From Janthinobacterium sp. (GTDB taxonomy: Bacteria > Pseudomonadota > Gammaproteobacteria > Burkholderiales > Burkholderiaceae_D): a stretch of DNA of 51,516 bases. Below are positions 7,925 to 18,325 of the stretch, piece after piece (positions within the stretch are counted from its first letter, which is position 1; every line of letters starts with the position of its first letter). The notes under the pieces were generated by a model that was given only the letters and a program-made list of their open reading frames with translations, was not told the DNA's origin and did no database searches. Location of the stretch: contig JAYVUV010000436.1 of NCBI GenBank assembly GCA_043787615.1, positions 1-51,516 of the forward strand, in the 5' to 3' direction. The translations under genes and the position numbers were made by a program.

Positions 7925-10633
7925 TTATAAATGTTCGGTGTCGCGGTCTTCGTCCAGTTCCCCCAGGTCGTACACGATGTCGTCATCGTCATCCTCGGGC
8001 ATGGCCTGAAATTGTGTGGTCCAGCCCTCGTACCCAACCAAGGCATGGTAAAGCTGATTGTGTTCCGCTTTCAATGTCTCGCCGCTGCCGTCGTCGGATA
8101 ACACGTGGTGCGCGATCTGGCTACGCGTGTCCGGGTCGAAGAAGGTGACGCTGGCGCCCGCGAGCGCCATGCCCTCCGCGCTGTGAGCGAGCACCGTGAT
8201 GGCATGCGCGCCCTCTTGTTTTACCGCCGTCACTGGAATCGAGTTGCTCAAACTTTTCGCATCAGGGAAACTGTGGTCGGCGGCGTGACTGACATGCCGC
8301 CCGTTGGTGCCATGCTCGATGCCGCCCGCATTGAATCTGGCGTAACTGCCGCCGCCGTTGATCAACACTTCTTCCTTGGCCGTGATGGTGATCCGGTTGG
8401 CGGTATGGGTGATATCAAGCTTGGCCAGGATATTGATGCTGTTCGATAGCGCTTGCATGTCGATGTCGCCAGCCGCCGCGATCAGCTTCATGCCGGCCTT
8501 GTGCACAAATACACGCAAACTCTGGCGGATGCTGGCGAACAGGTTCTCGCCGCTGGCGATCGACAAGCTTTTGCCGGTGGTCAGCGCGGTATGATGGGCA
8601 CTGGCGATGTGGGTGGATTGGGCGCTGGTGAGTTCGATTCCGACCGGGCTGGCCAATACCAGATGCGGCGCCGACAGTTGTGGGAAGTCGCCGCCGGCGC
8701 CGTGAATGGCGTCGTTTTGCGCCTTGATCGCATCGGCGACGTCGGCCTGTTGCGCGGTTGGGTCTTGCGCCCCGTGTTGCCGGGCCATTTCGGCTTGGGT
8801 TTCATGCTGGTCGCGCGCGGTCGCCAGCCTTTGTACGGTCTCGCCCATATCTTTGGCGGGCGCGTCGGCGCCGGACCGGGCTTCGGTCGTGATCAGCATG
8901 CCTTTGTTGGCGCGCGCCACGCCCCAGGCGTTCGATGCCAGCTCCCAGCCTTCGCCGCGCGCTTCTTTGCGTCCCGCATTGTCGTCGATGCGCGTGATGT
9001 AACCCAGGCTCAACAAACTTTGCTGATGGTCGCTTTTGAGTTGGGCCTGGATGTTTTCGTGCGTATCGTCGAGCAGCAGATGGTTGCTGCGTCCACCGGC
9101 CCGGTTGCCGCAGTTCGGCGCCAGTTCGCGGCTGCGTAAGCCGCTGAGCGCTTGTTGAGACGGTAGTTTCCACGGCGGCATATTTCGAACATTAAATACG
9201 CAACCGGTGATGATGAAACGGTCGGGCGAGCCGTTCAGGAACTGGACGATCACTTCCATGCCGATACGGGGGATGGCGATCAGTCCCAATTCGCTGCCCG
9301 CCCACGAGCTGGCCACACGCGTCCAGGCCGAGCTTCTTTCATCGTTTTCCCCCACCCGGTCCCAGTGGAATTGCACCCGCACCCTGCCGTACTCGTCCGT
9401 ATGAATGGTGTTCGGTCCGCTTGGGCCGACCACGGTGGCCGTTTGCGGCGCAAGGATTTTGGTTTCGACGCTGTTGTAGTTTCGTCCAGGGCGCCACGGG
9501 ACATTCTTGCGCATACAGCGCAAGGTATTGCTATAGCCCGCCTCACGTTCGGCTTCCTGTAAATAATTGTTGCTCGCGGTATGATGCACTTCCAGAATCA
9601 GGTATTCGTTGCTACGGGCTTCTTGGCCGCTGTACAAGCCATGTTTGAAATGGTCGAGCAAGCGGAACCAACGGCCCGGCAAAACACTGCGGTTGTTGCC
9701 GGCGGCGTCGATATGTTTGGCGGCCGCCTCTATTTCCTCCATGCGCAAGCTCGCCAGCGCATCGCCATCCTTGCCGTTTTTGAAGCCGTAGGCGCCGGTG
9801 TATTCGTACGACTCGATATCGAGCACCGCCCCTTGCTTGTTGATCGTGGGCATACTGGCGAGCGCCGGACCGAGACGGTCGAAATTTTTGAAGTCGAATT
9901 TTGTCAGCGCCACGCTGCCCGGCATGATTTGCCGTACCGGCGACCATTCGCCGATGCCGTCCTCCTCAACAGAGCCGCCATGGCGTTGGAAGCGGATGTC
10001 GCCGCCGCCATCGATGGGGGCGGCCGAGACGGAGTCGTCGGATAGAATCAATTGATGGCCGGCCGCGCCGTGCTCGTACCAGTAGTACCAGCCCGCCGCT
10101 TCCCAGCGCCTGCTGAGGTAGTTAAAATCGGTCTCGTCGAATTGGCAGGCATCGGTCATGGCCCGATCCTCGCCGCGCAGTCGGCAATCCCACTGGGCAT
10201 GCACGCCATAGGTGCCGAGGATTACTTCGGTTTGCTGGCGCACCGTTTTATTGTGGAAAAGGTAGTTATTTTTGCGTAGACTTAAATACTTGAGCCACGG
10301 CCCCAGGGTGGCTTGGTAAAAGGTCAAATTCCCGTCGGATTTCACGAGGCGGAAGGCGAAACAGTAGCCGGTGTAATAGCGCAGGCTACCATCCTGACGC
10401 ACCAGCGCTACGCACATTAGTTTGCCTTGCATGTCCTTCAACGCCAAGTGGGCGTTGTTCGATAAAATCTCCAGTTTGAATTCGAAATCACGCGACAAGC
10501 ATTCGGTTGCATCGAGCGCGTTGATGAGAAGTTGGGCCGTCGGCGCGTCATTGTTAGGGAAGGAAAGGCGCAAGATGCGACGGTGCTGGCGACCGCCGAT
10601 GAGGTCATACCAACTATAGGGTGCTGTGATCAT
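7925..10633 (-). CDS. vgrG: Type VI secretion spike protein VgrG with DUF2345-type extension
   Basis: LSRDFEF, QFDETDFNYLSRRWE, PQTATVVGP, TDEYGRVRVQFHWD, IPRIGMEVIVQFLNGSPDR, ITITAKEEVLINGGGSY motifs. Confidence 0.95.
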   Translation of the reverse strand: MITAPYSWYDLIGGRQHRRILRLSFPNNDAPTAQLLINALDATECLSRDFEFKLEILSNNAHLALKDMQGKLMCVALVRQDGSLRYYTGYCFAFRLVKSDGNLTFYQATLGPWLKYLSLRKNNYLFHNKTVRQQTEVILGTYGVHAQWDCRLRGEDRAMTDACQFDETDFNYLSRRWEAAGWYYWYEHGAAGHQLILSDDSVSAAPIDGGGDIRFQRHGGSVEEDGIGEWSPVRQIMPGSVALTKFDFKNFDRLGPALASMPTINKQGAVLDIESYEYTGAYGFKNGKDGDALASLRMEEIEAAAKHIDAAGNNRSVLPGRWFRLLDHFKHGLYSGQEARSNEYLILEVHHTASNNYLQEAEREAGYSNTLRCMRKNVPWRPGRNYNSVETKILAPQTATVVGPSGPNTIHTDEYGRVRVQFHWDRVGENDERSSAWTRVASSWAGSELGLIAIPRIGMEVIVQFLNGSPDRFIITGCVFNVRNMPPWKLPSQQALSGLRSRELAPNCGNRAGGRSNHLLLDDTHENIQAQLKSDHQQSLLSLGYITRIDDNAGRKEARGEGWELASNAWGVARANKGMLITTEARSGADAPAKDMGETVQRLATARDQHETQAEMARQHGAQDPTAQQADVADAIKAQNDAIHGAGGDFPQLSAPHLVLASPVGIELTSAQSTHIASAHHTALTTGKSLSIASGENLFASIRQSLRVFVHKAGMKLIAAAGDIDMQALSNSINILAKLDITHTANRITITAKEEVLINGGGSYARFNAGGIEHGTNGRHVSHAADHSFPDAKSLSNSIPVTAVKQEGAHAITVLAHSAEGMALAGASVTFFDPDTRSQIAHHVLSDDGSGETLKAEHNQLYHALVGYEGWTTQFQAMPEDDDDDIVYDLGELDEDRDTEHL

Positions 10634-10805
10634 ACTTTTCCATCTTCCCGCTGTGAATCGTTAGAATAAAAAACAAGCCGGTATTTTACAGGAATAATAA
10701 CAATATTGTTTTTTTATGAACTAAAATAGTCATGCGCAGATTTACATCTCATCAACTCATCCGCCCCAGGCGCTAAAATGGCGCTTTTGTCAGCCGGGAG
10801 TCGCC

Positions 10806-11009
10806 GTGAGCAGTGAGGAGCGTTTTGTCGAGATCGAAATCAAGTTGGCGCATCAGGAAGATCTGGTGGAATCGCTCAACCAAATGGTCTACCAGCAGCA
10901 AAAACGCATGGACAAGCTGGAGGCCATGTGCGCGGCCCTGGTCCAGCATCTGAAAGACAATCAGCAGGGCGGGCCGAACCCGGTCAACGAGCGGCCGCCG
11001 CATTACTGA
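10806..11009 (+). CDS. slyX: SlyX family protein
   Basis: EIEIKLAHQEDLVESLNQMVYQQQ and diagnostic C-terminal ERPPHY; GGAG RBS. Confidence 0.9.
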   Translation: MSSEERFVEIEIKLAHQEDLVESLNQMVYQQQKRMDKLEAMCAALVQHLKDNQQGGPNPVNERPPHY

Positions 11010-11070
11010 TGTGTCCACGACGCGACCGGAAGCAACTTCAGTGCAGCAATTACCCGAGGCTTCATAGGGC

Positions 11071-11426
11071 GTGGCGCCACTCGGTCGGTTAGGAAATTCA
11101 CGCGCCCGTCACTTACTCGGCGGCGCATTTTCCACGGTGCGGGGCGAGGTGTTGCGTGCTCGTATCAGAGCAATTTTGACGGTCGATGTGCGAGAGAAGG
11201 CTGCTGCCGTTGCGCTGCCGTTAATGTACCGGTACTTTACCTTCAAGCGTCGGCGGATATGATGGTGCCCACATCGGCCGCCATGACAATTCTAAAATTG
11301 CTGCCTGCGCTTCAAGTCATCGAATTGCCAGGCCCTTACATGCTGACCCAAGTTGCATCCACGGCGACCGCGCAAGCGATAGAAGTGTTGATCGCCGCGA
11401 CCACGCTTCACAGACCACTCACGTAA
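11071..11426 (+). pseudogene. Frameshifted C-terminal remnant of an alpha/beta hydrolase
   Basis: Frame 1 VLRARIRAILTVDV continues in another frame as VNVPVLYLQASADMMVPTSA...VIELPGPYMLTQ. GCTGCCGTT is repeated at 11203 and 11214 at the frame switch. No N-terminal half seen. Confidence 0.6.
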
Positions 11427-11436
11427 AAGGAAACAG

Positions 11437-12012
11437 ATGGGCAAAGGCCGGCTTGAAGCGTTCAGCGATGGCGTGATCGCCATCATCATCACCATCATGG
11501 TGCTGGAATTGAAGGTGCCGCACGGGACCGATCTGGAGGCGCTGCGGCCCCTGCTGCCGGTGCTGTTCAGTTATCTGCTCAGCTTTATCTATGTCGGCAT
11601 CTATTGGAACAACCACCACCACCTATTGCAGGCCGCGCGCAAGGTCAACGGCCGCATCCTGTGGGCCAATCTGCACTTGTTGTTCTGGCTATCGCTGATT
11701 CCCTTCGTCACCGGCTGGATGGGTGAAAACCATTTCGACGCGGTGCCGGCTGCCCTGTACGGCGTGATTTTGTTGATGAGCGCGCTGGCCTACATGTTGC
11801 TGGAACGGGCCATGGTGGCCCAGGAGGGCGGCCAATCGCCGCTGGCGCTGGCGTTGGGCAAGGACCGCAAGTCCTTGGTGTCGCTCTGCCTGTACGCGCT
11901 GGGCATCGGCTTGTCGATGGTGCATTCCTGGCTGGGTTGCGCCGTCTACGTGGGCGTCGCGGTGCTGTGGTTCATACCCGACTCCCGCATCGAAACCCGT
12001 CTCGGCCAGTAA
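11437..12012 (+). CDS. TMEM175-family (DUF1211) potassium channel
   Basis: RLEAFSDGVIAIIITIMVLEL signature, YWNNHH, about 6 TM segments. Confidence 0.9.
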   Translation: MGKGRLEAFSDGVIAIIITIMVLELKVPHGTDLEALRPLLPVLFSYLLSFIYVGIYWNNHHHLLQAARKVNGRILWANLHLLFWLSLIPFVTGWMGENHFDAVPAALYGVILLMSALAYMLLERAMVAQEGGQSPLALALGKDRKSLVSLCLYALGIGLSMVHSWLGCAVYVGVAVLWFIPDSRIETRLGQ

Positions 12013-12119
12013 GCGCGGCCGCCGCCGTCACCCGGGCCGTTCCATGCTGATATGATTTAGCGTCCGTTCCGCGATCGCCAGACGCATCGCGGCTTCCTCT
12101 CGTTCTCTTGAAAGATGTT

Positions 12120-14279
12120 ATGGCCCGTCCTCACATGCTTGTCATCGCCGCCAGTCTGTTGCTGGTGAATCTAGCCCATGGCGCCGCCGCGCCGGGCCCC
12201 ACCGCACCGGGCGCCGCCGCGCCGGCGCCGATCGCCGCGTCCAATCCTTTCCTCAAGGTCAGCACCTTGCCGCTGCACATGCCGGCCTTCGACCAGATCC
12301 GCAACGAGCATTTCGCGCCCGCTTACGCCGAAGGCATGCGCCAGCAGCTGGCCGAGGTGGCGCGCATCGCCAACAACGCCAAGCCCCCCAGCTTCGACAA
12401 CACCATCGTGGCGCTGGAGCGTTCGGGCCGCATGCTGCAACGGGTCGAGGCCACTTTCGACAATCTGTCGGGCGCCAACACCAACGACGCGATGGAAGCG
12501 GTCGAGCGCGACATGGCGCCGAAATTGGCGGCCCACACCGATGCCATCATGCTCAACGCGAAGTTGTATCAGCGGGTCAAGGCGCTGTACGACAAACGCG
12601 CCAAGCTGAACCTGGACGGCGAGTCGCTCCACTTGCTCGAGCGCTATCACACCGATTTCGTGCGCGCCGGCGCCAAGCTGTCCCCGGCCGACAAGGAAAA
12701 ACTGAAGTCGTATAACGCCGAGCTGGCCGCTCAATCCACCCAGTTCAGCCAGAATCTGCTCAAGGAAACCAACGCCTCGGCCCTGGTGGTCGACACGCGT
12801 GCCGAACTGGACGGCATGGATCCGGCCGCCATCGACGCCGCCGCCGTCGCCGCCAAGGAGCGCGGCCTGGAAGGCAAATTCCTGATCGCGCTGACCAACA
12901 CCACCGGCCAGGCGCCGCTGGCCGTGCTGAGCAACCGCGCGGTGCGCGAGCGTCTGCTGGCCGCCTCGATGGCGCGCGCCAGCCGCGGCGGCGAATTCGA
13001 CAACCGCGCCGTGGTGCTCAAGCTAGTCAAGCTGCGCGCCGAACGGGCCACCTTGCTCGGTTATGCGAATTACGCGGCCTACGATCTGGAAGACCAGACC
13101 GCCAAGACCACCGGCGCCGTCAACACCCTGCTGGCCGAGCTGGCCAAGCCGGCGGTGGCCAACGCCAAACGCGAGGCGGCCGATATCCAGGCCGTGATCG
13201 ACGCCGAGAAGGGCGGTTTTCAAGTCGCCGCCCACGATTGGGCCTTTTATACCGACAAAGTGCGGGCGGCACGCTTCCATTCCGACGAGAACCAGTTGAA
13301 GCCGTATTTCGAGCTGAACAATGTGCTCAACAACGGCGTGTTCTTCGCCGCCACCAAGTTGTATGGCATCACCTTCAAGGAGCGCAAGGATTTGCCGGTG
13401 TATAACCCGGACGTGCGCGTGTTCGATGTGATCGACGCCGACGGCAAGCCGCTGGCGCTGTTCCTGGCCGACTTTTACGCGCGCGGCAACAAGCGCGGCG
13501 GCGCCTGGATGAATGAATACGTGTCGCAATCGAGTTTGCTGGGCACCCGTTCGGTGGTGGCCAATCACCTCAACATCCCCAAGCCGGCGGCCGGCGAGCC
13601 GACCCTGCTCACCTTCGACGAAGTGACCACCATGTTTCACGAATTCGGCCATGCCTTGCACGGCATGTTTTCGAACGTGAAATATCCGCGTTTTTCCGGC
13701 ACCAACGTGCCGCGCGACTTCGTGGAATACCCGTCGCAAGTAAACGAGATGTGGGCGATCTGGCCGGAAGTGCTGCAAAATTATGCCAAGCATTACCAGA
13801 CCGGGGCCGCCATGCCGCAAGACGTGCTCGACAAGGTGGTGGCGATGAAGAAATTCAATCAGGGTTTCATCACCACGGAATACCTGGCCGCCTCCCTGCT
13901 CGATCAACGCTGGCATCAGCTGACCCCGGCGCAAGTGCCGACCGACGTGCCGGCGTTCGAGGCGACCGTCTTGAAGGAGGCCGGGGTCGATTTCGCGCCG
14001 GTGCCGCCGCGCTATCGCACCACGTATTTCTCGCATAGTTTTTCGGGCGGTTATTCGGCCGGTTACTATGCCTACCTGTGGAGCGAAAAGCTCGACGCCG
14101 ACACGGTCGAGTGGTTCAAGGAAAACGGCGGCTTGTCGCGCAAGAACGGCGACTGGTTCCGCTCCAAGTTGCTGTCGCGCGGGGGCACCGACGACGCGCT
14201 GCAATTGTTCCGCGACTTCCGCGGCCGCGACGCCAAGATCGACGCCTTGCTGGTGCGGCGCGGCTTGAACGCGCAGTGA
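12120..14279 (+). CDS. dcp: Exported M3-family metallopeptidase (peptidyl-dipeptidase Dcp-like)
   Basis: Signal peptide, KRGGAWM, FHEFGHALH, DFVEYPSQ, YSAGYYAYLW motifs. Confidence 0.88.
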   Translation: MARPHMLVIAASLLLVNLAHGAAAPGPTAPGAAAPAPIAASNPFLKVSTLPLHMPAFDQIRNEHFAPAYAEGMRQQLAEVARIANNAKPPSFDNTIVALERSGRMLQRVEATFDNLSGANTNDAMEAVERDMAPKLAAHTDAIMLNAKLYQRVKALYDKRAKLNLDGESLHLLERYHTDFVRAGAKLSPADKEKLKSYNAELAAQSTQFSQNLLKETNASALVVDTRAELDGMDPAAIDAAAVAAKERGLEGKFLIALTNTTGQAPLAVLSNRAVRERLLAASMARASRGGEFDNRAVVLKLVKLRAERATLLGYANYAAYDLEDQTAKTTGAVNTLLAELAKPAVANAKREAADIQAVIDAEKGGFQVAAHDWAFYTDKVRAARFHSDENQLKPYFELNNVLNNGVFFAATKLYGITFKERKDLPVYNPDVRVFDVIDADGKPLALFLADFYARGNKRGGAWMNEYVSQSSLLGTRSVVANHLNIPKPAAGEPTLLTFDEVTTMFHEFGHALHGMFSNVKYPRFSGTNVPRDFVEYPSQVNEMWAIWPEVLQNYAKHYQTGAAMPQDVLDKVVAMKKFNQGFITTEYLAASLLDQRWHQLTPAQVPTDVPAFEATVLKEAGVDFAPVPPRYRTTYFSHSFSGGYSAGYYAYLWSEKLDADTVEWFKENGGLSRKNGDWFRSKLLSRGGTDDALQLFRDFRGRDAKIDALLVRRGLNAQ

Positions 14280-14354
14280 CAGGGGCCGGCGCGGGTCCGG
14301 CTTGTCCGGCCCGCGCCGGCGCGTGTGTGATCAATAATATGCGTACGCGATAAA

Positions 14355-14582
14355 ATGGACGAGCACGAGATGAACGCACCGGATTTGAACGGGGTCACGC
14401 TGGAAATGGTGTTGACCCGTTTGCAAGCCCATTACGGCTGGGAGCAATTGGCCCGGCATGTGGACATTAATTGTTTCATCAGCGACCCGAGCGTGAAGTC
14501 CAGCTTGAAGTTCCTGCGCAAGACGCCATGGGCCAGGGCCAAGGTGGAGCAACTGTATCTCGCCACAACGTTTACCAATTGA
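14355..14582 (+). CDS. VF530/DUF2132-family small DNA-binding protein
   Basis: [13 protein letters not shown]...YGWEQLA...[29 protein letters not shown] signature. Confidence 0.85.
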   Translation: MDEHEMNAPDLNGVTLEMVLTRLQAHYGWEQLARHVDINCFISDPSVKSSLKFLRKTPWARAKVEQLYLATTFTN

Positions 14583-14593
14583 CTGGAAAAAGC

Positions 14594-14866
14594 ATGGACA
14601 GCAAGCTGAAGGCATCGTTAAAGACTATGCAAGCCAATCTGGCCAGCAGCGGGCCGGTGGATGAGGAATTGCACGAGTTGCTGCAACAACTGGATGGCGA
14701 CATCAAGCACTTGCTCGAACAACGCAGCGCCAGCCCGGAAGACACCACCACCTACGGTTTGGCCGAGCGCACCCAGGAAATGTCGGCCAAGTTCGCCGCC
14801 CAGCATCCGACCCTGGAATCGTCGCTGCGCGAGCTGGGCACGATCCTGGCCAACATGGGGATTTGA
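14594..14866 (+). CDS. DUF4404-like protein
   Basis: Short helical protein ending FAAQHPTLESSLRELGTILANMGI. Start set at ATG 14594. Confidence 0.75.
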   Translation: MDSKLKASLKTMQANLASSGPVDEELHELLQQLDGDIKHLLEQRSASPEDTTTYGLAERTQEMSAKFAAQHPTLESSLRELGTILANMGI

Positions 14867-15014
14867 GGCCGGCGCGCCACGCCTGCGTGGCTGCCTCATT
14901 TTCATGCATAAACTTACAAGTGTTTGAAAAATAAACGATTTTTTCGCGGCTTTTGAGCGCGAAACGGGGCGGCGATGTGCCGCGGCTTGGCATTTCCGGT
15001 ACAATCGCTGCCAT

Positions 15015-17393
15015 ATGAGCTCCCCTACCAATTTATTCGCGACCGTCCCCAAGCGGTCCGCGCGCGCTGCCGTCGCGCCTTTCCTGCCCATGTCCCGCGC
15101 CGAAATGGATGCGCTGGGCTGGGATGCCTGCGACGTGATCCTGGTCACGGGCGACGCCTATATCGACCATCCCAGCTTCGGCATGGCCCTGGTCGGCCGC
15201 CTATTGGAGGCGCAAGGCTTCCGGGTCGGCATCATCAGCCAGCCGGATTGGTTGTCGGCCGAGGCTTTCCGCGCGCTGGGCAAGCCGAAGCTGTATTTCG
15301 GCATCACCGCCGGCAATATGGATTCCATGGTGAACCGCTACACGGCCGACCGCAAGATCCGTTCCGACGACGCCTACACGGCCGACGGCGCGCCCAACCG
15401 GCGGCCCGACCGCGCCGTGACGGTGTACGCGCAGCGCGCGCGCGAAGCGTATCCGGACGCCGCCGTGGTGATCGGCAGCATCGAAGCTTCGCTGCGCCGC
15501 ATCGCCCATTTCGATTACTGGTCGGACAAGGTGCGGCGCTCGGTGCTGCCCGATTCCAAGGCCGACTTGCTCATTTTCGGCAACGCCGAGCGCGCCCTGG
15601 TCGACCTGACCCACCGCATGGCGGGCGGCGAGGACATCAAGCAGATCCGCGACTTGCGCGGCACCGCCTTCATGGCGGCGCCCGGCTGGCTGCCGGGCGA
15701 GGATTGGGGCGTGCACAATTCGACCCGGGTCGATACGCCCGGCAAGATCGACGCCCATCACGATCCCTACGCCATGGCGCCGGAAAACAAGGAAAGCTGC
15801 GCCTCCGACAGCGCCAAGAAGGAAGCCGAGGTGGTCAAGCCGATCCGCATCATGTCGCGCGAGGAACGCTTGGCCATGGCCAAGGAAAAGCACGACAAGA
15901 CGGTGGTGCGCCTGCCGGCCTACGACGTGGTCAAGGACGACCCGGTGATGTATGCCCACGCTTCGCGCGTGTTCCATCTGGAATCGAACCCCGGCAACGC
16001 GCGCGCCATGGTGCAGGCGCACGGCGAGCGCGACGTGTGGCTCAACCCGCCGCCCTTGCCGCTGGCGATGGACGAGATGGATGGCGTGTACGACATGAAT
16101 TACGCGCGCGCGCCGCATCCCAGCTACGGCAAGGCCCGCATTCCGGCCTGGGAAATGATACGGTTTTCGGTCAATATCATGCGCGGCTGTTTCGGTGGTT
16201 GCACCTTTTGCTCGATCACCGAGCACGAGGGACGTATCATCCAGAGCCGTTCGGAGCCGTCCATCCTGCGCGAGATCGAACACATCCGCGACAAGACCAA
16301 GGGCTTCACCGGCACCATTTCGGACATGGGCGGCCCGACCGCCAATATGTACCGGCTGGCCTGCAAGGACAAGACCATCGAGGAATCGTGCCGCCGCCTG
16401 TCCTGCGTGTATCCTTCGATCTGCGTCAACCTGGGCACCGACCACAGCAAGCTGATTTCGCTGTACCGCAAGGCGCGCGCCATTCCGGGCATCAAGAAGG
16501 TCTTGATCAGCTCGGGCCTGCGCTACGACTTGGCGGTGCGCTCGCCCGAATACGTCAAGGAATTGGTGACCCACCACGTGGGCGGCTTGCTCAAGATCGC
16601 GCCCGAGCACACCGAGGAAAACACCCTGTCGAAGATGATGAAGCCGGGCATAGGCGCTTACGACGAGTTCAAGGAAATGTTCGACCGTTTCTCGCTGGAA
16701 GCCGGCAAGAAGCAGTATCTGATTCCCTACTTCATCGCGGCCCATCCCGGCACCACCGATGAGGACATGTTGAACCTGGCGCTGTGGCTGAAGAAGAACA
16801 ACTTCAAGCTGGACCAGGTGCAAACCTTCATGCCCACGCCGATGGCGATGGCCACCACGATGTATCACACGCGCAAGAATCCCTTACGCAAGGTGACGGC
16901 CGATTCGGAGGTGGTGGAAACCGCGCGCAGCGGCAAGATCCGGCGTATCCACAAGGCTTTCCTGCGTTATCAAGACCCGGAAAACTGGGGCATCCTGCGC
17001 GAGGCGCTGGTGGCCATGGGACGCGCCGATTTGATCGGCAATGGCGACAAGCATTTGATTCCGGCCTGGAGCGCGTCCGAAGGCGGCGGCAAGCCGCCCG
17101 CCGAGGGCCGGCGCGCCGCGCCGCCGCCCATGCCGATGGGTAAGCCGGCCCCCGGCGCGCCGCGCGGTGCGCGCGCCAATGCGCTGACCGGTTCGCTGAC
17201 GGCGCGGGTGGCGATCGAGTCGAAGCCACGCGCCTCGATCTTGTCGACCATCAAGACCAAGGCCAAGCCGGTCGTCGCCGCCCCAGGCAAGCCGGGAGCC
17301 AAGCCGCTCGGCAAGCCGTTCGGCAAGCCGTTCGGCAAGCCGTTCGGCAAGCCGCTCGGCAAGCCGGCTCTCGCCGCCGCGCGCCGCAAGTAA
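15015..17393 (+). CDS. ygiQ: YgiQ-family radical SAM protein
   Basis: [22 protein letters not shown] (CxxxCxxC), [18 protein letters not shown]. Confidence 0.93.
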   Translation: MSSPTNLFATVPKRSARAAVAPFLPMSRAEMDALGWDACDVILVTGDAYIDHPSFGMALVGRLLEAQGFRVGIISQPDWLSAEAFRALGKPKLYFGITAGNMDSMVNRYTADRKIRSDDAYTADGAPNRRPDRAVTVYAQRAREAYPDAAVVIGSIEASLRRIAHFDYWSDKVRRSVLPDSKADLLIFGNAERALVDLTHRMAGGEDIKQIRDLRGTAFMAAPGWLPGEDWGVHNSTRVDTPGKIDAHHDPYAMAPENKESCASDSAKKEAEVVKPIRIMSREERLAMAKEKHDKTVVRLPAYDVVKDDPVMYAHASRVFHLESNPGNARAMVQAHGERDVWLNPPPLPLAMDEMDGVYDMNYARAPHPSYGKARIPAWEMIRFSVNIMRGCFGGCTFCSITEHEGRIIQSRSEPSILREIEHIRDKTKGFTGTISDMGGPTANMYRLACKDKTIEESCRRLSCVYPSICVNLGTDHSKLISLYRKARAIPGIKKVLISSGLRYDLAVRSPEYVKELVTHHVGGLLKIAPEHTEENTLSKMMKPGIGAYDEFKEMFDRFSLEAGKKQYLIPYFIAAHPGTTDEDMLNLALWLKKNNFKLDQVQTFMPTPMAMATTMYHTRKNPLRKVTADSEVVETARSGKIRRIHKAFLRYQDPENWGILREALVAMGRADLIGNGDKHLIPAWSASEGGGKPPAEGRRAAPPPMPMGKPAPGAPRGARANALTGSLTARVAIESKPRASILSTIKTKAKPVVAAPGKPGAKPLGKPFGKPFGKPFGKPLGKPALAAARRK
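17286..17369 (+). repeat. 12-bp coding tandem repeat (7 units, GGCAAGCCGTTC-like) encoding (G/A)KP(G/L/F/A)
   Basis: Units start at 17286, 17298, 17310, 17322, 17334, 17346 and 17358; the three central units are identical. Confidence 0.92.
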
Positions 17394-17590
17394 TTCGGCG
17401 CAAACACTGGGCGCTGCCCGCCGCGGGCGCCGTTGTTTGGCGCCGCGCCCCCTTCCTTCCGCATCCGGCCCCGCGCCGGCTGTCGCTCCCCTCGCCCTAC
17501 CTCGCTCGCGCACCGTTCGCGGCGCCGCGCCCGTTCGGACTGCACCGGAATCGGCGGGAACGGGGATAATAAGGGTCGCCTTGGCGATTG

Positions 17591-17627
17591 ATAGCCAAAA
17601 CAAATTGAAATCATTGGCACAATCAAT
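17591..17627 (+). promoter_or_regulatory. OxyR-type binding site upstream of ahpC
   Basis: ATAG-N7-AAAT-N7-ATTG-N7-CAAT matches the spacing of ATAG-N7-CTAT-N7-ATAG-N7-CTAT; ahpCF is a canonical OxyR target. Confidence 0.8.
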
Positions 17628-17692
17628 TTTGCTTATGGATGAAAAAACTCTACACTGATGTTTCAGTGATTCACAACCAACGAGGAAAACAC

Positions 17693-18256
17693 ATGTCTCT
17701 CATCAATACCCACATCAAACCGTTCAAGGCCACCGCTTACCACAATGGCAAATTCATTGACGTGACCGAAGCGTCCTTGAAGGGAAAATGGTCGGTTGTC
17801 GTGTTTTACCCTGCTGACTTCACCTTCGTTTGCCCGACCGAACTGGAAGACTTGGCCGACAACTACGCCGAATTCCAAAAGCTGGGCGTGGAAGTGTATG
17901 GCGTGTCGACCGACACCCACTTCGCGCACAAGGCGTGGCACGACACCTCCGACGCGATCAAGAAAGTGCAATATCCGCTGATCGGCGACCCGACCACCAT
18001 CCTGTCGCGCAATTTCGAAGTGCTGATCGAAGAAGAAGGCCTGGCCCTGCGCGGCACCTTCGTGATCAATCCGGAAGGCCAGATCAAGGTGTTGGAAGTG
18101 CATGACAACGGCATCGGCCGCGACGCTTCCGAACTGCTGCGCAAAGTGCGCGCCGCGCAATACGTGGCCTCGCATCCGGGCGAAGTGTGCCCGGCCAAAT
18201 GGACCGAAGGCGCCGCCACCCTGACCCCGTCGCTGGACCTGGTCGGCAAGATCTAA
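17693..18256 (+). CDS. ahpC: Alkyl hydroperoxide reductase subunit C
   Basis: [13 protein letters not shown] and GEVCPAKW; GAGG RBS before ATG 17693. Confidence 0.97.
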   Translation: MSLINTHIKPFKATAYHNGKFIDVTEASLKGKWSVVVFYPADFTFVCPTELEDLADNYAEFQKLGVEVYGVSTDTHFAHKAWHDTSDAIKKVQYPLIGDPTTILSRNFEVLIEEEGLALRGTFVINPEGQIKVLEVHDNGIGRDASELLRKVRAAQYVASHPGEVCPAKWTEGAATLTPSLDLVGKI

Positions 18257-18325
18257 ATCGTCGTGCGATGCCGGCCCGGATGGTCCGGACCGGCATCATT
18301 CATCGTATAAAAAGGAAAAGTCATC

